Source of the DNA: a bacterium
GTDB lineage: Bacteria; UBA9089; CG2-30-40-21; SBAY01
NCBI GenBank assembly: GCA_040757115.1
Contig: JBFLYA010000012.1
Coordinates: forward strand, 1 to 35,394
Length of the DNA: 35,394 bases
Reading direction: 5' to 3'
Within the stretch, counting starts at the first letter, position 1, and each line of letters opens with the position of its first letter. The translations under genes and the position numbers were made by a program. This document shows, piece by piece, positions 19,021-28,724 of the stretch. The notes beneath the pieces are model-generated. The model had not been told where the DNA came from. It searched no databases and saw nothing but the letters and a program-made list of their open reading frames with translations.

Positions 19021-22000
19021 GTGAATAAAGAAGTAATGCAAGAACCAAAACAAACTTTTGAGTCTCTGTTTTCAACAATTGATATGACTAACTTTGCCGC
19101 TATTAGTATAGGACTTGCCTCACCAGAAATAATTAAAAGTTGGTCTTATGATAAGGTAAAGAAACCCGAAACAATAAATTATAGAACCTTTAGACCAGAA
19201 CGAGATGGCCTATTCTGTGAGCGGATATTTGGTCCAAATAAAGACTTTGAATGCTTCTGCGGTAAGTATAAAAGTATGCGGTATAAAGGGGTTATTTGTG
19301 ATAGATGTGGTGTAGAAGTAACATATTCTGAGGTTCGAAGACAACGAATGGGACATATCGAATTAGTTACCCCGGTATCTCATATCTGGTATTTTAAGCG
19401 AGTCCCATCTCCAATGGCAGTTGTATTGGATATTACTGTTAGAGACCTTGAACGAGTCCTGTATTACGAGGGATATATTGTGCTTGACCCGGGTAATGAT
19501 GTACCTCTTAAAAAGAAAGATGTTATTAATGAAGACGAATATAGAACCTTCAAAGAGAAATATGGCGGGAATTTTGAAGTAGGTATGGGGGCGGAGGCAA
19601 TTAAAAAATTGTTGAAAGAGATTAATCTTAAAGAAGAAGTAGAAAACCTGCGATTAGAAATGGAAGGAGACTACTCTTATCAAAAACGCCGCAAAATCGT
19701 CCGACGACTTGAAATATTAGAATCTTTCTTGCGAAGTGGAAATAAACCTGAATGGATGATTTTAGATATTATCCCGGTTATCCCACCTGAATTACGACCT
19801 ATGGTACAATTAGATGGTGGTCGATTCGCTACATCTGATTTAAATGACCTGTATCGTCGGGTAATAAATCGCAACAACCGATTAGAACGACTCATCGCCT
19901 TAAAAGCTCCAGAGATAATTATTCGCAATGAAAAAAGAATGATGCAGGAATCGGTTGATGCCTTATTTGATAATGGCAGAAGAGGCAGACCTGTAGCCGG
20001 CACTGGAAATAGACCACTAAAATCTTTATCAGATATGCTCAAAGGTAAACAGGGTAGATTCCGTCAAAATCTATTAGGAAAACGAGTAGATTATTCAGGT
20101 CGCTCGGTCATTGTCGTTGACCCAACATTTAAACTATTTCAATGTGGCTTACCTAAAAGAATGGCTTTAGAATTGTTTAAACCTTTTATTATGCGGAAAT
20201 TAGTCGCAGATAATTTAGCCCATAATATTAAAAGTGCTAAACGCATGATAGAACGAGAAAATCCTGAAGTCTGGGATGTTTTAGAAGAAGTTATCTCACA
20301 ACATCCGGTCCTTCTAAATCGTGCCCCAACTTTGCACCGTGCGGGAATCCAGGCGTTTATACCTGTCTTAATCGAAGGAGATGCAATTAAAATCCATCCT
20401 TTAGTTTGTCCAGCATTTAATGCTGATTTCGATGGAGACCAGATGGCTGTCCATGTTCCTTTATCAATTGAATCTCAAATAGAAAGCCAGATATTAATGC
20501 TTTCCGCTTATAACTTATTATCCCCGGCTAACGGAAGACCTTTAGTTGCACCTACTCAAGATATAGTCCTGGGATTGTGTTATCTAACTAAAGAAAGACC
20601 AGATGATTTAGGACAGGATAAAAAACTCACTAATATTCACGAGGCTTTAATGGCTTATGAAGAAGGAATAATAAGTTTAAATGCCAGGATTTGGATTTGT
20701 ATTAATGGTAAAAACTTACAGACGACTATTGGACGCATCATATTCAATGAATGCTTACCTGAAGAACTTCAATTTATTAATGAAAAGGTGGATAAGAAAA
20801 AGATAGGTCAAATAGTCGCTGAGGCATACCGTAAATGTGGAATGAGCAAAACCGTTGATTTACTGGATAAGGTGAAACAACTTGGATTCAAATACGCCAC
20901 GGAGTATGGAGTATCTATTGGCATAGATGATATTAAAGTCCCACCTCAAAAACCAGAGTTATTAAAACAAAGTTATAAAGAGATAGAAAAGATTTCACAA
21001 CAATATCATCAAGGAATTATTACGGATGAAGAAAGATATAATAAAATAGTGGATTTATGGACATATATCGGTGATGAAATATCTAAGGTAATGTTTGAGG
21101 GAATGGGCAATGATAAAAATGGGTTTAATCCTATTTATATGATGGTTGACTCTGGGGCAAGAGGCAGTAAACAGCAAGTTAGACAATTAGCCGGAATGAG
21201 AGGACTTATGGCTAAACCCTCCGGAGAAATCATAGAATTACCTATTATTGCTAATTTTAGAGAGGGACTTACTGTCTTAGAATACTTCATTTCAACTCAC
21301 GGCGCCAGAAAAGGTTTGGCTGATACCGCCTTAAAAACCGCTGATGCTGGTTATTTAACGCGTCGATTAGTTGATGTTTCTCAAGATGTTATTATTACTG
21401 CTGATGATTGTGGCACGATTAATGGGATGATAGTTGAGGCAATAAAAGAAGGTGATGAAGTTATCGAACCATTAGGTGACCGTATCCTCGGCAGAGTCTC
21501 TTTGGATGATGTCGTGAACCCGATGACAGGTGAAGTTATTATCAAGGCTAATGAGGAGATAAATGAAGAAAATGCTCAGGCTATTGAAGATGTAGAAATT
21601 GACCGCATCAGAATTCGCACCGTTCTTACCTGTGAGACACAAAGAGGGGTATGTGCTAAATGTTATGGCCGAAATTTAGCTACCGGGAAATTAATAGATA
21701 TAGGCGAACCGGTGGGAATTGTTGCCGCACAATCTGTCGGAGAACCAGGAACACAATTGACAATGAGAACCTTCCATATCGGTGGAACCGCATATCGACA
21801 GGTAGAAGAAAGAGAAATTAGATTGCCTTATGAAGTTGAAATCGTCGAACTACCGAAAAGATTGATATATTTAGAAGATGGAAGTATGGTTGCGGCCAGA
21901 GCAGGCGAACTCGTGCTACGAAAGGTGCTAAAAGAATATAAATTATCTCCAACTACAAAATTTACTGTTTTTGATGGTTTGTGGGTAAATGCCGGAGATA

Positions 22001-23247
22001 AAATAGCTCAAGTTGAAGAAAATGAAATAATCACAGAGATGGCGGGAATAGTTCGGATAGAACCTGAAAAAAGGATTTTGATTGAGGCTAAAGACCGTAA
22101 TATACCGATTAAAACAGGTGGAAAATTATTTGTTAAAACAGGGGATATTGTTCCGGCTAACAAGTTAATTGCTGAATTTGACCCATATCATGAACCAATA
22201 TTAACTGAAGTAGAAGGAACAGTGCAGTTTAATGATATTATTAAAGAAAGAACGCTCCGCGAAGAACTTGATGAAAATACAGGTTTGTTTAGAAGGGTAA
22301 TTATCGAAGACCGTGAAGGAACACTCCAACCTCGAATATGTATTCTCCGTGAAAATCAACCAACTATCAACTATTTTATTCCCAATGGCGCCAGAATAGC
22401 GGTAAATGATGGAGATAAAATTACTGCAGGGATGGTTATCGCTAAATTCCCACAAGAATTAATTAGAACTAAAGACATTACGGGTGGGTTGCCACGAGTC
22501 GCAGAGTTATTTGAGGCTCGAAGACCAAAAGAACCAGCATTAGTTACGGAAATTGATGGTGTGGTAAAATTTAAAGGGCTTAAAGAAAATAAACGAATTA
22601 TTGTTATTGAGAATGAGTCAACCGGGGAAACAAAAGAATACGAAGTCTCACTGGGTAAACATTTGAAGGTTCATGAATATGATGTCGTCTCAGCTGGAGA
22701 CCAATTAACCGAAGGACCAACAGACCCCCATGACATATTGAAAATAAAGGGTGAACGGAAATTACAAGAATACTTAGTTAACGAAATTCAAGAAGTCTAT
22801 CGCCTACAAGGGGTAAATATTAACGATAAACATATTGAGGTGATTATCCGCCAGATGCTGCGTAAATTAGAAGTAACAGATGTAGGTGATACAACATTTT
22901 TATTAGGTGAGCAAGTAGATAAATTCAAATTTGCTCAAATAAATGAAACAATACTCGCTAAAGGGAAAAAGCCAGCACAGGCGAGACCTATTTTACTCGG
23001 TATCACTAAAGCCTCTTTATCTACGGATAGTTTTATCTCTGCCGCATCCTTCCAGGAAACAACAAAAGTTCTCACCGAATCGGCTATTCAGGGTAGAATA
23101 GACCACTTACGGGGATTAAAGGAAAATGTAGTCATCGGACGACTTATCCCCGCAGGCACAGGAGTCCCTAAATATCACAAGATAGAAGTTGCTGTCCCTG
23201 CCCCAGTTCAAGAAGAAGAAATGGGGAACTATTCAGCCACTGATTAA
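19021..23247 (+). CDS. rpoC: DNA-directed RNA polymerase beta' subunit
   Basis: [13 protein letters not shown]-terminal Zn cysteines, [12 protein letters not shown]...[19 protein letters not shown] before GTG 19021. Confidence 0.99.
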   Translation: MNKEVMQEPKQTFESLFSTIDMTNFAAISIGLASPEIIKSWSYDKVKKPETINYRTFRPERDGLFCERIFGPNKDFECFCGKYKSMRYKGVICDRCGVEVTYSEVRRQRMGHIELVTPVSHIWYFKRVPSPMAVVLDITVRDLERVLYYEGYIVLDPGNDVPLKKKDVINEDEYRTFKEKYGGNFEVGMGAEAIKKLLKEINLKEEVENLRLEMEGDYSYQKRRKIVRRLEILESFLRSGNKPEWMILDIIPVIPPELRPMVQLDGGRFATSDLNDLYRRVINRNNRLERLIALKAPEIIIRNEKRMMQESVDALFDNGRRGRPVAGTGNRPLKSLSDMLKGKQGRFRQNLLGKRVDYSGRSVIVVDPTFKLFQCGLPKRMALELFKPFIMRKLVADNLAHNIKSAKRMIERENPEVWDVLEEVISQHPVLLNRAPTLHRAGIQAFIPVLIEGDAIKIHPLVCPAFNADFDGDQMAVHVPLSIESQIESQILMLSAYNLLSPANGRPLVAPTQDIVLGLCYLTKERPDDLGQDKKLTNIHEALMAYEEGIISLNARIWICINGKNLQTTIGRIIFNECLPEELQFINEKVDKKKIGQIVAEAYRKCGMSKTVDLLDKVKQLGFKYATEYGVSIGIDDIKVPPQKPELLKQSYKEIEKISQQYHQGIITDEERYNKIVDLWTYIGDEISKVMFEGMGNDKNGFNPIYMMVDSGARGSKQQVRQLAGMRGLMAKPSGEIIELPIIANFREGLTVLEYFISTHGARKGLADTALKTADAGYLTRRLVDVSQDVIITADDCGTINGMIVEAIKEGDEVIEPLGDRILGRVSLDDVVNPMTGEVIIKANEEINEENAQAIEDVEIDRIRIRTVLTCETQRGVCAKCYGRNLATGKLIDIGEPVGIVAAQSVGEPGTQLTMRTFHIGGTAYRQVEEREIRLPYEVEIVELPKRLIYLEDGSMVAARAGELVLRKVLKEYKLSPTTKFTVFDGLWVNAGDKIAQVEENEIITEMAGIVRIEPEKRILIEAKDRNIPIKTGGKLFVKTGDIVPANKLIAEFDPYHEPILTEVEGTVQFNDIIKERTLREELDENTGLFRRVIIEDREGTLQPRICILRENQPTINYFIPNGARIAVNDGDKITAGMVIAKFPQELIRTKDITGGLPRVAELFEARRPKEPALVTEIDGVVKFKGLKENKRIIVIENESTGETKEYEVSLGKHLKVHEYDVVSAGDQLTEGPTDPHDILKIKGERKLQEYLVNEIQEVYRLQGVNINDKHIEVIIRQMLRKLEVTDVGDTTFLLGEQVDKFKFAQINETILAKGKKPAQARPILLGITKASLSTDSFISAASFQETTKVLTESAIQGRIDHLRGLKENVVIGRLIPAGTGVPKYHKIEVAVPAPVQEEEMGNYSATD

Positions 23248-23329
23248 CACGGATTAGCACGGATAAATACAGAGGTCAGAGGAGAGATGAGAAAGGGGGA
23301 AACGGAGAAGGAAAGGAGACACGAGGCAC

Positions 23330-23739
23330 TATAGCAGTTATTAGTCAAAACTTTACTCAGAGTGGATAAGTAAAAAAAATCCCAAATCCCAAGCACCAAA
23401 TCTCAAATAAACACCAAATTCCGCATACCAAAAAGCGAATTATATCAATTCTATAAAGTTTTTGCCTCTTTGTCAACACGAATGCACACGAATAAGAAGC
23501 AAATATTCCCCCTTAATAAAGGGGGTTAGGGGGTTGTTGACCTATAGGCGTTAAGATATAAGGCTTATTAAAGAGGTAGAAATTAACTAAAATTGATATT
23601 AGAGATTAGTGAATTAGAGATTAGATTTTACTAATTCGCTAATTCGCTTAATTCACTAATTCACTAAATGGAATTTGGAATTTGTGATTTGGAATTTCAT
23701 AGCCATATCTATGTCAAATTTCGATTAATAAGTGCTATA
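23330..23739. mobile_element. Type-C element nested in the type-A element
   Basis: TATAGCAGTTATTAGTCAAAACTTTAC versus reverse-complemented right end TATAGCACTTATTAATCGAAATTTGAC. Cargo includes AAATCCC/GGAATTT arms, an ATTAG/CTAAT hairpin and the CCCCCTTAATAAAGGGGG module. Confidence 0.75.
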
Positions 23740-23863
23740 TATGAAATTGGCAAATATCAAGGTTGGTCTATTGATAAATTTCAATGTGGAAAGATTGAAA
23801 AAAGGCATAAAGAGATTTGTTCTGTCCAATCTTCGTGTCCTTCGTGCTCTTCGTGGTGAATAG
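23738..23863 (+). pseudogene. C-terminal fragment of a GxxExxY (PD-(D/E)XK-like) protein
   Basis: YMKLANIKVGLLINFNVERLKKGIKRFVL matches the typical GxxExxY C-terminus (GLLINFN..L..GIKR). The 5' part is missing at the type-C element boundary. Confidence 0.8.
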
Positions 23864-23884
23864 TTACGTTTAAGACAAAAATGA

Positions 23885-24844
23885 TTAAAGACCTCCTGAC
23901 CTGCTGGCTGAAATTAATCCACTCACAAACCCTAAATTCCAATAGATAATAGTCATAACCAATAATCTGGTAAATTGTAATGTCTTTTTCATTGACTTTG
24001 TCTTTAGTAAAAACCAGAGACTAAAGGCCACAAAACACAAAAGACCAAAGACCAAAGGCCAATGACCAATGACCAATGACCACAGACTACTCAAGGCTAA
24101 TATCAGTAAAAAAAGTGGCTCATAGTGTATCAATCTAAAAACCCCATATTTTTTTACCAAAAATCCCTGTGCCCAGCCATAATTCTTCATCATTTGACAA
24201 AATTCCCGTAAATTGTCAGGTCGGTAGTGATAAACGATTGCCTGTGGATTATATTTTAGTTTATATTTTTTTAGTTTCTTTATGCGATAATCAAATTCTA
24301 CATCCTCACCAGGCCATAATCCTTCTAAAAATCCCCCCAGTTTATCAAATATTTCTTTTTTATACATGACATTACAACTGGGATTATGTTTAGTTTCTAT
24401 CATTGTTTTTTGGGCTTTAATATAATCAGTTACAAATCCAACTGTTTTTAAAAACCCCTGCACTATTTTCCCAAACTCACTTTCATCATCAGGTGATTGT
24501 TGGTCGCCTCCTACACCGACTACAGAATCTTCATCAAACCCTTTTAATAACTCCTTTAGCCATTCTGGGTGAACTATGCAATCTGCATCAGTAAAGGCAA
24601 GATAGTCTCCTTTTGCCTGTTTGATACCCAAATTCCTAGAACTGGCTGGACCAACGCCTGATGTTTTCATAGTCTGGATACCTTCATATGAGCTCAAGAT
24701 TTCTTGTGTTTTATCGGATGAATTATCATCTATGACGATGATTTCATAATTAGTGTAGTTTAGATTTTTTAAGGAATCTAAACATTTCTTAATCGTCTTT
24801 TCACCATTTTTGACTGGAATTATTATTGAAATAAATTGGTTCAT
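23885..24844 (-). CDS. Glycosyltransferase family 2 with C-terminal TM helices
   Basis: ISIIIPVKN, VIDDNSSD, FTDADC (DxD), GEDVEF. Confidence 0.92.
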   Translation of the reverse strand: MNQFISIIIPVKNGEKTIKKCLDSLKNLNYTNYEIIVIDDNSSDKTQEILSSYEGIQTMKTSGVGPASSRNLGIKQAKGDYLAFTDADCIVHPEWLKELLKGFDEDSVVGVGGDQQSPDDESEFGKIVQGFLKTVGFVTDYIKAQKTMIETKHNPSCNVMYKKEIFDKLGGFLEGLWPGEDVEFDYRIKKLKKYKLKYNPQAIVYHYRPDNLREFCQMMKNYGWAQGFLVKKYGVFRLIHYEPLFLLILALSSLWSLVIGHWPLVFGLLCFVAFSLWFLLKTKSMKKTLQFTRLLVMTIIYWNLGFVSGLISASRSGGL

Positions 24845-24892
24845 TTTCGATTTTTGACTTCTGTCTTCTTATTTTCTCAACTGCTTAACTTC

Positions 24893-26047
24893 TTATCTTC
24901 TTATTCTCTCATCTTCTGTCTTTAGTCTATGGTCTATGGTCTTCAAATATTCTTCCTCAACTATCTGTGCATGCTTTTGCCAGGTATATCTATCTTTTAC
25001 CAAATGATACGCATTAAACCCCATCTCTTCAGCTTTGTCTTTATTTAAAAGTAAATATTCTAATCCCTCGGATAGTAATTCTATATCTTTTGGTGGAATT
25101 ACTATGCCTGCTTTATATCTTTTTACATTCTCAGCTACGCCGACAATATCGGTTACTATAACTGGTTTTTTACAAGCCATAGCCTCCAGGGCAACTAATC
25201 CAAAACCCTCTTGTGTAGAGGAAATCGAAGGAAGGACAAAGACATCACAGAGATTATAATATTTAACTACTTGTTCATTATCTAATCTTCCTAAAAAAAC
25301 AACCTTTTCTTCTATTCCGTTTTCCTTAACGAATCTTTTATAATCATATATCAGCTCGCCCTCTCCACCGACATATAGCTTTAAAGGTATCTTAGGTGCA
25401 ATTCTTTTAATGGCTTTCAAAAGGAAATCCAACCCCTTATAAAGATGGAATCTATCTAAGCGGCTTAAGAAAAAGATAATATTTTCCTCATTTTTGGGTA
25501 GATTTAAGGGCTTAAATCTATCTAAATCTACGCCGGGTGGGGTGATAACAATCTTATCCTTAAATGACTTCAAGAAAGGTGATGTTTTAAGATAATTTTC
25601 ATGGGTGATAAATATTTTCTTTGCTCTCCTCAGAAGAAACCTTAAAAGGGCAAAATTGTATGTCTTCGCAATAAGTTTATTTATGCCTATTCCGGTAATG
25701 TCGTTATAATAAGTCAGGAATAGCGGTTTATTTTTCATCAAGGCAGCTATAGCACTCATATCCGCACTCCAGGGATGAGGGAGATGGGTGTGGACAACAT
25801 CAAAATCCTCTTTCATTAATTCCATAATTAAGGAAAGGGTAATATTGGTATTAGCCATCTTACCAATATAGGGAAGTCTTCTGACCTCTATATGTTCAAT
25901 AATACCATCACCTACATCCGGCTCATTGGCACAGATAACTTTTACATAGTGTCCTTTTTTTGCCAGTTCCCTACATAAATAAAAGGCTACTTGTTCTGTC
26001 CCACCTATGTAAGGATAAAATCGCGGTGGTGTTTGAATAATTTTCAT
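24893..26047 (-). CDS. Glycosyltransferase family 4 (GT-B)
   Basis: PYIGGTE, KGLDFLL, DVFVLPS..EGFGLVALEAMACKKPVI. Confidence 0.93.
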   Translation of the reverse strand: MKIIQTPPRFYPYIGGTEQVAFYLCRELAKKGHYVKVICANEPDVGDGIIEHIEVRRLPYIGKMANTNITLSLIMELMKEDFDVVHTHLPHPWSADMSAIAALMKNKPLFLTYYNDITGIGINKLIAKTYNFALLRFLLRRAKKIFITHENYLKTSPFLKSFKDKIVITPPGVDLDRFKPLNLPKNEENIIFFLSRLDRFHLYKGLDFLLKAIKRIAPKIPLKLYVGGEGELIYDYKRFVKENGIEEKVVFLGRLDNEQVVKYYNLCDVFVLPSISSTQEGFGLVALEAMACKKPVIVTDIVGVAENVKRYKAGIVIPPKDIELLSEGLEYLLLNKDKAEEMGFNAYHLVKDRYTWQKHAQIVEEEYLKTIDHRLKTEDERIRR

Positions 26048-27486
26048 AGATTTTTGTTCCTTGAAGTAAGTAAATAATTAATAAAACTCCAGGCACCTCT
26101 TATTTTGCGATACAAATCTCTAATATCTTTGGTCTTAAGAAGAAATTTCCACATATACCCTGGCCGAAAATAAAAGGATTTCAGCCCCTTATCCACATAA
26201 TCATTAATTTCTTTACTGCTTAGCCCTGGATAATCAACTATGCCTGATTGTTCGCCTTCTTTCAGCCAGTCTGTCCATGACTTTGGCTTAAGTAGTCCTT
26301 GAGATTGACAGAAATTATAATATTCTGTGCCAGGGAAAGGAACTGCTCCAGCAAACTGAACGGTAGTTAATCCTAATTTCAAGGCAAAGTTTAATGTCTT
26401 TTCCATTGTTTCCTTTGTTTCACCTGGCATGCCAAAGACAAAACAGCCGTGAACTTCAAGTCCAGCTTCTTTAGCCACCTTCATAAACTCTATTGAATCC
26501 TCTACCTTCATTCCTTTTCGCATTTGGTTTAACATTTCCTGGTCACCTGATTCAAAGCCAACCAGTAAAAGTCTACAACCTGAAGCCTTCATAGATTTAA
26601 ACATCTTTAAATCATAAATATCTGGTCTGGCATTACAAGACCAGGTAATCTTTAATTTTCTACTCATAATCTCTTCACAAAGGGCTAAAACCCGCTCTTT
26701 ATTAACCGTAAAGGTATCATCTTCAAAGAAGAACTCTCCTTTTCTTATCTGAGGGAAGAGGTTAATGTCGGATTCTATTTCATCAACGATATTTTTAGCT
26801 GATCTAACTCTATGCTTATGCCCGAACATCATCTGCGGCAAGAGACAGAAGGTACATTGATATGGACAACCTCGACTGGTAAAGATGTCTATATAAGGGT
26901 ATAATTTACCTCCATCAAAGTATTTCATAATATCTAAATGATGCCAGGCAGGAAAGGGCAGGTTATCTAAATCTGTTATCAATGCCCGTGGTGGAGTGCT
27001 TTTAAAACTCCCTTTATCCAGGTAGCATATCCCTGGTATGCTTTCCAGTTTATTCCAGTTTTGGACTATATCACGGATAGTATAATCATATTCACCCAGA
27101 GCAATAACATCAATGGAACCTTTAGCCTCTTTAAGGGTTTGTTCTGGCAGTGCCGTAGCATGAGTACCGACCATAATCACCTTAGCCTGGCTTTCTTGTT
27201 TAACTATGTGGGCACATTCAATATCGGAGTAAATAGATGGCGTAGTAGAGTCTAAAACGACAAATTGAGGTTGTTTGTCTCTGATTAATTGATGCAGTTT
27301 CGTTTTATCCCAGTTCATAGCCGGGAAATCATAGAGTTCTAGTTCTTCTCCTGCTTCTTCCAGAACAGCGGTAGCATAAGCCAACCAATCAGGCATTCTG
27401 AGTACCCGACCTCGAGTCTTAGCTGGCCAGCGCTGACATCGACAAAAATCTTTAATAAATGGTGCGTTTATAATAAGTGTTTTCAT
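26044..27486 (-). CDS. Cobalamin-binding radical SAM protein
   Basis: N-terminal B12-binding domain (MVGTHATALP, GEYDYT) and SRGCPYQCTFC (CxxxCxxC), FEDDTF, GFESG. Confidence 0.92.
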   Translation of the reverse strand: MKTLIINAPFIKDFCRCQRWPAKTRGRVLRMPDWLAYATAVLEEAGEELELYDFPAMNWDKTKLHQLIRDKQPQFVVLDSTTPSIYSDIECAHIVKQESQAKVIMVGTHATALPEQTLKEAKGSIDVIALGEYDYTIRDIVQNWNKLESIPGICYLDKGSFKSTPPRALITDLDNLPFPAWHHLDIMKYFDGGKLYPYIDIFTSRGCPYQCTFCLLPQMMFGHKHRVRSAKNIVDEIESDINLFPQIRKGEFFFEDDTFTVNKERVLALCEEIMSRKLKITWSCNARPDIYDLKMFKSMKASGCRLLLVGFESGDQEMLNQMRKGMKVEDSIEFMKVAKEAGLEVHGCFVFGMPGETKETMEKTLNFALKLGLTTVQFAGAVPFPGTEYYNFCQSQGLLKPKSWTDWLKEGEQSGIVDYPGLSSKEINDYVDKGLKSFYFRPGYMWKFLLKTKDIRDLYRKIRGAWSFINYLLTSRNKNL

Positions 27487-27630
27487 CTAAAAGTACCTAA
27501 TTTTTATTCTTCTGGTAGATAATAATACCTTGTTTCATAACAAAATGTCAAGAAAAAACTTTAGAGAATTAGAAAATTAGCGAAGAGAATTCAACGGATT
27601 GAGGAAAATCAACAAAATCAAAAATTGTAG

Positions 27631-27659
27631 TTGACAAAATCTCTTATCTTGTGTATACT
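27631..27659 (+). promoter_or_regulatory. Sigma70-type promoter, likely producing a leaderless mRNA
   Basis: TTGACA-17 nt-TATACT, with ATG 27666 six nt after the -10 and no RBS. Confidence 0.65.
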
Positions 27660-27665
27660 CTTTGT

Positions 27666-28589
27666 ATGAAAAGGAAAGAATGGCATCCTTATTTTTCCAG
27701 TGTTTTGAAGCATCTACTTGAACCTAAAGGGTTTAAGGTTGAAACCCAGGTTGAGGTTGGAGAAATGCCATTGAAAATAGATGTAGTGGTGATTAAAAAA
27801 GGTAAGGATGCAGATGTTAAGTCCTTACCTCTGGTCTTTCAATCCTTTACTGATTACAATATTATCGAGTATAAATCACCTAAAGACAGGTTCAGACGAG
27901 ATGATTTTGATAGATTATTTGCCTATGTGCTTTTATTTAAGATTAAAGAGGGGATACAGTGGCGCAGGCAAATAAATGTCTATGCCCTTATATCAGGAGG
28001 CATAAAAGGGATAGAAGATTACATTCGCAGGAATGGACATGAGCTTGTACGGATAAAGGAAGGGTTTTACTTTGCTGATTTTGGGTTTAATTTTTATTTG
28101 ATACAGTTGGATAAGTTAGAGGCATCTCCTGAAAACTATAAATTGCTTCTTTTCACCTCTGGGGAGAAGGTGAAAGAGTTAGTGAAGGGGATTTGTGAGA
28201 GGGGTAAGGAAATATTAGAGGTAGATTTAATAGAGTTAATCGAGACTGGATTATATTTACATCCTGAGGAATTCAGGGAGGAGGTGAAATTGATGCCGCA
28301 GACATTAGCCGATAGACCAGATATAATAGGTGAGTTAGCAGATATAGTAGGGGTGGATATATTTGTGCAAGGAATAGGAAAAGAGAAAGTGATTCGTAGC
28401 CTTGGTGAGGAGGATGTAATTCGTAGCCTTGGCGAAGAGAAAGTGATTCGTAGCCTTGGCGAAGAGAAAGTGATTCGTAGCCTTGGCGAAGAGAAGATAA
28501 TTCGTAGCCTTGGCGAAGAGAAGATACAAAAGAATCTTATAAAACTCCTGGGCAAGGAAAAGATAAAAAAGATGTTAGAGGAAAACTAA
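27666..28589 (+). CDS. Putative PD-(D/E)XK nuclease-like (Rpn-like architecture) protein with C-terminal 9-aa repeats
   Basis: WH..., E..PLKIDVVVIKK...IIEYKSP motif pattern and a repeated helical tail. Start at ATG 27666 is preferred over GTG 27651, which overlaps the promoter. Confidence 0.65.
   Translation: MKRKEWHPYFSSVLKHLLEPKGFKVETQVEVGEMPLKIDVVVIKKGKDADVKSLPLVFQSFTDYNIIEYKSPKDRFRRDDFDRLFAYVLLFKIKEGIQWRRQINVYALISGGIKGIEDYIRRNGHELVRIKEGFYFADFGFNFYLIQLDKLEASPENYKLLLFTSGEKVKELVKGICERGKEILEVDLIELIETGLYLHPEEFREEVKLMPQTLADRPDIIGELADIVGVDIFVQGIGKEKVIRSLGEEDVIRSLGEEKVIRSLGEEKVIRSLGEEKIIRSLGEEKIQKNLIKLLGKEKIKKMLEEN
28293..28589 (+). CDS. Candidate in-frame internal small protein (98 aa, RpnS-like antitoxin)
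   Basis: AGGGAGGAGGTGA RBS inside the gene, 5 nt before in-frame ATG 28293 (EEVKLM). Confidence 0.5.
   Translation: MPQTLADRPDIIGELADIVGVDIFVQGIGKEKVIRSLGEEDVIRSLGEEKVIRSLGEEKVIRSLGEEKIIRSLGEEKIQKNLIKLLGKEKIKKMLEEN
28383..28526 (+). repeat. Coding tandem repeat, 27 bp x about 5.3 (EKVIRSLGE)
   Basis: GAGAAAGTGATTCGTAGCCTTGGCGAA units, contiguous with no spacers. Confidence 0.95.
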
Positions 28590-28724
28590 AAAACTATAGA
28601 TTGCTTCTTTTCACCTCTTTGTCCTATGGTCTTTGGTCTGTTTTTAGGAGAAGTGATGAAAAATAATATCATCAGCCTCTAATGTATCTCCGTGTGAGGC
28701 AATAAGAGAGACATACTCCAATCT

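Larger units (their letters stand above)
23225..23867. mobile_element. Composite type-A element overlapping the rpoC 3' end
   Basis: Left end GGAACTATTCAGCCAC, right end GTGGTGAATAGTTAC (reverse complement of the last 12 nt is GTAACTATTCAC). Contains a nested type-C element and a GxxExxY fragment. Confidence 0.7.

Noticed and set aside
7001-22455. Numerous short antisense or alternate-frame ORFs inside the large protein, ribosomal protein genes, rpoB and rpoC
   Set aside because: They fully overlap well-supported genes and show no recognisable motifs.
23668-23859. 63-aa ORF from the track
   Set aside because: It starts in repeat DNA. The meaningful frame is a different one, the GxxExxY fragment at 23738-23863.
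28383-28526. Possible CRISPR array
   Set aside because: The 27-bp units are contiguous with no spacers, stay in frame within a CDS, and no cas genes are present.
28136-28555. 139-aa antisense ORF with SSPRLRITF repeats
   Set aside because: Shadow of the coding 27-bp repeat on the opposite strand.
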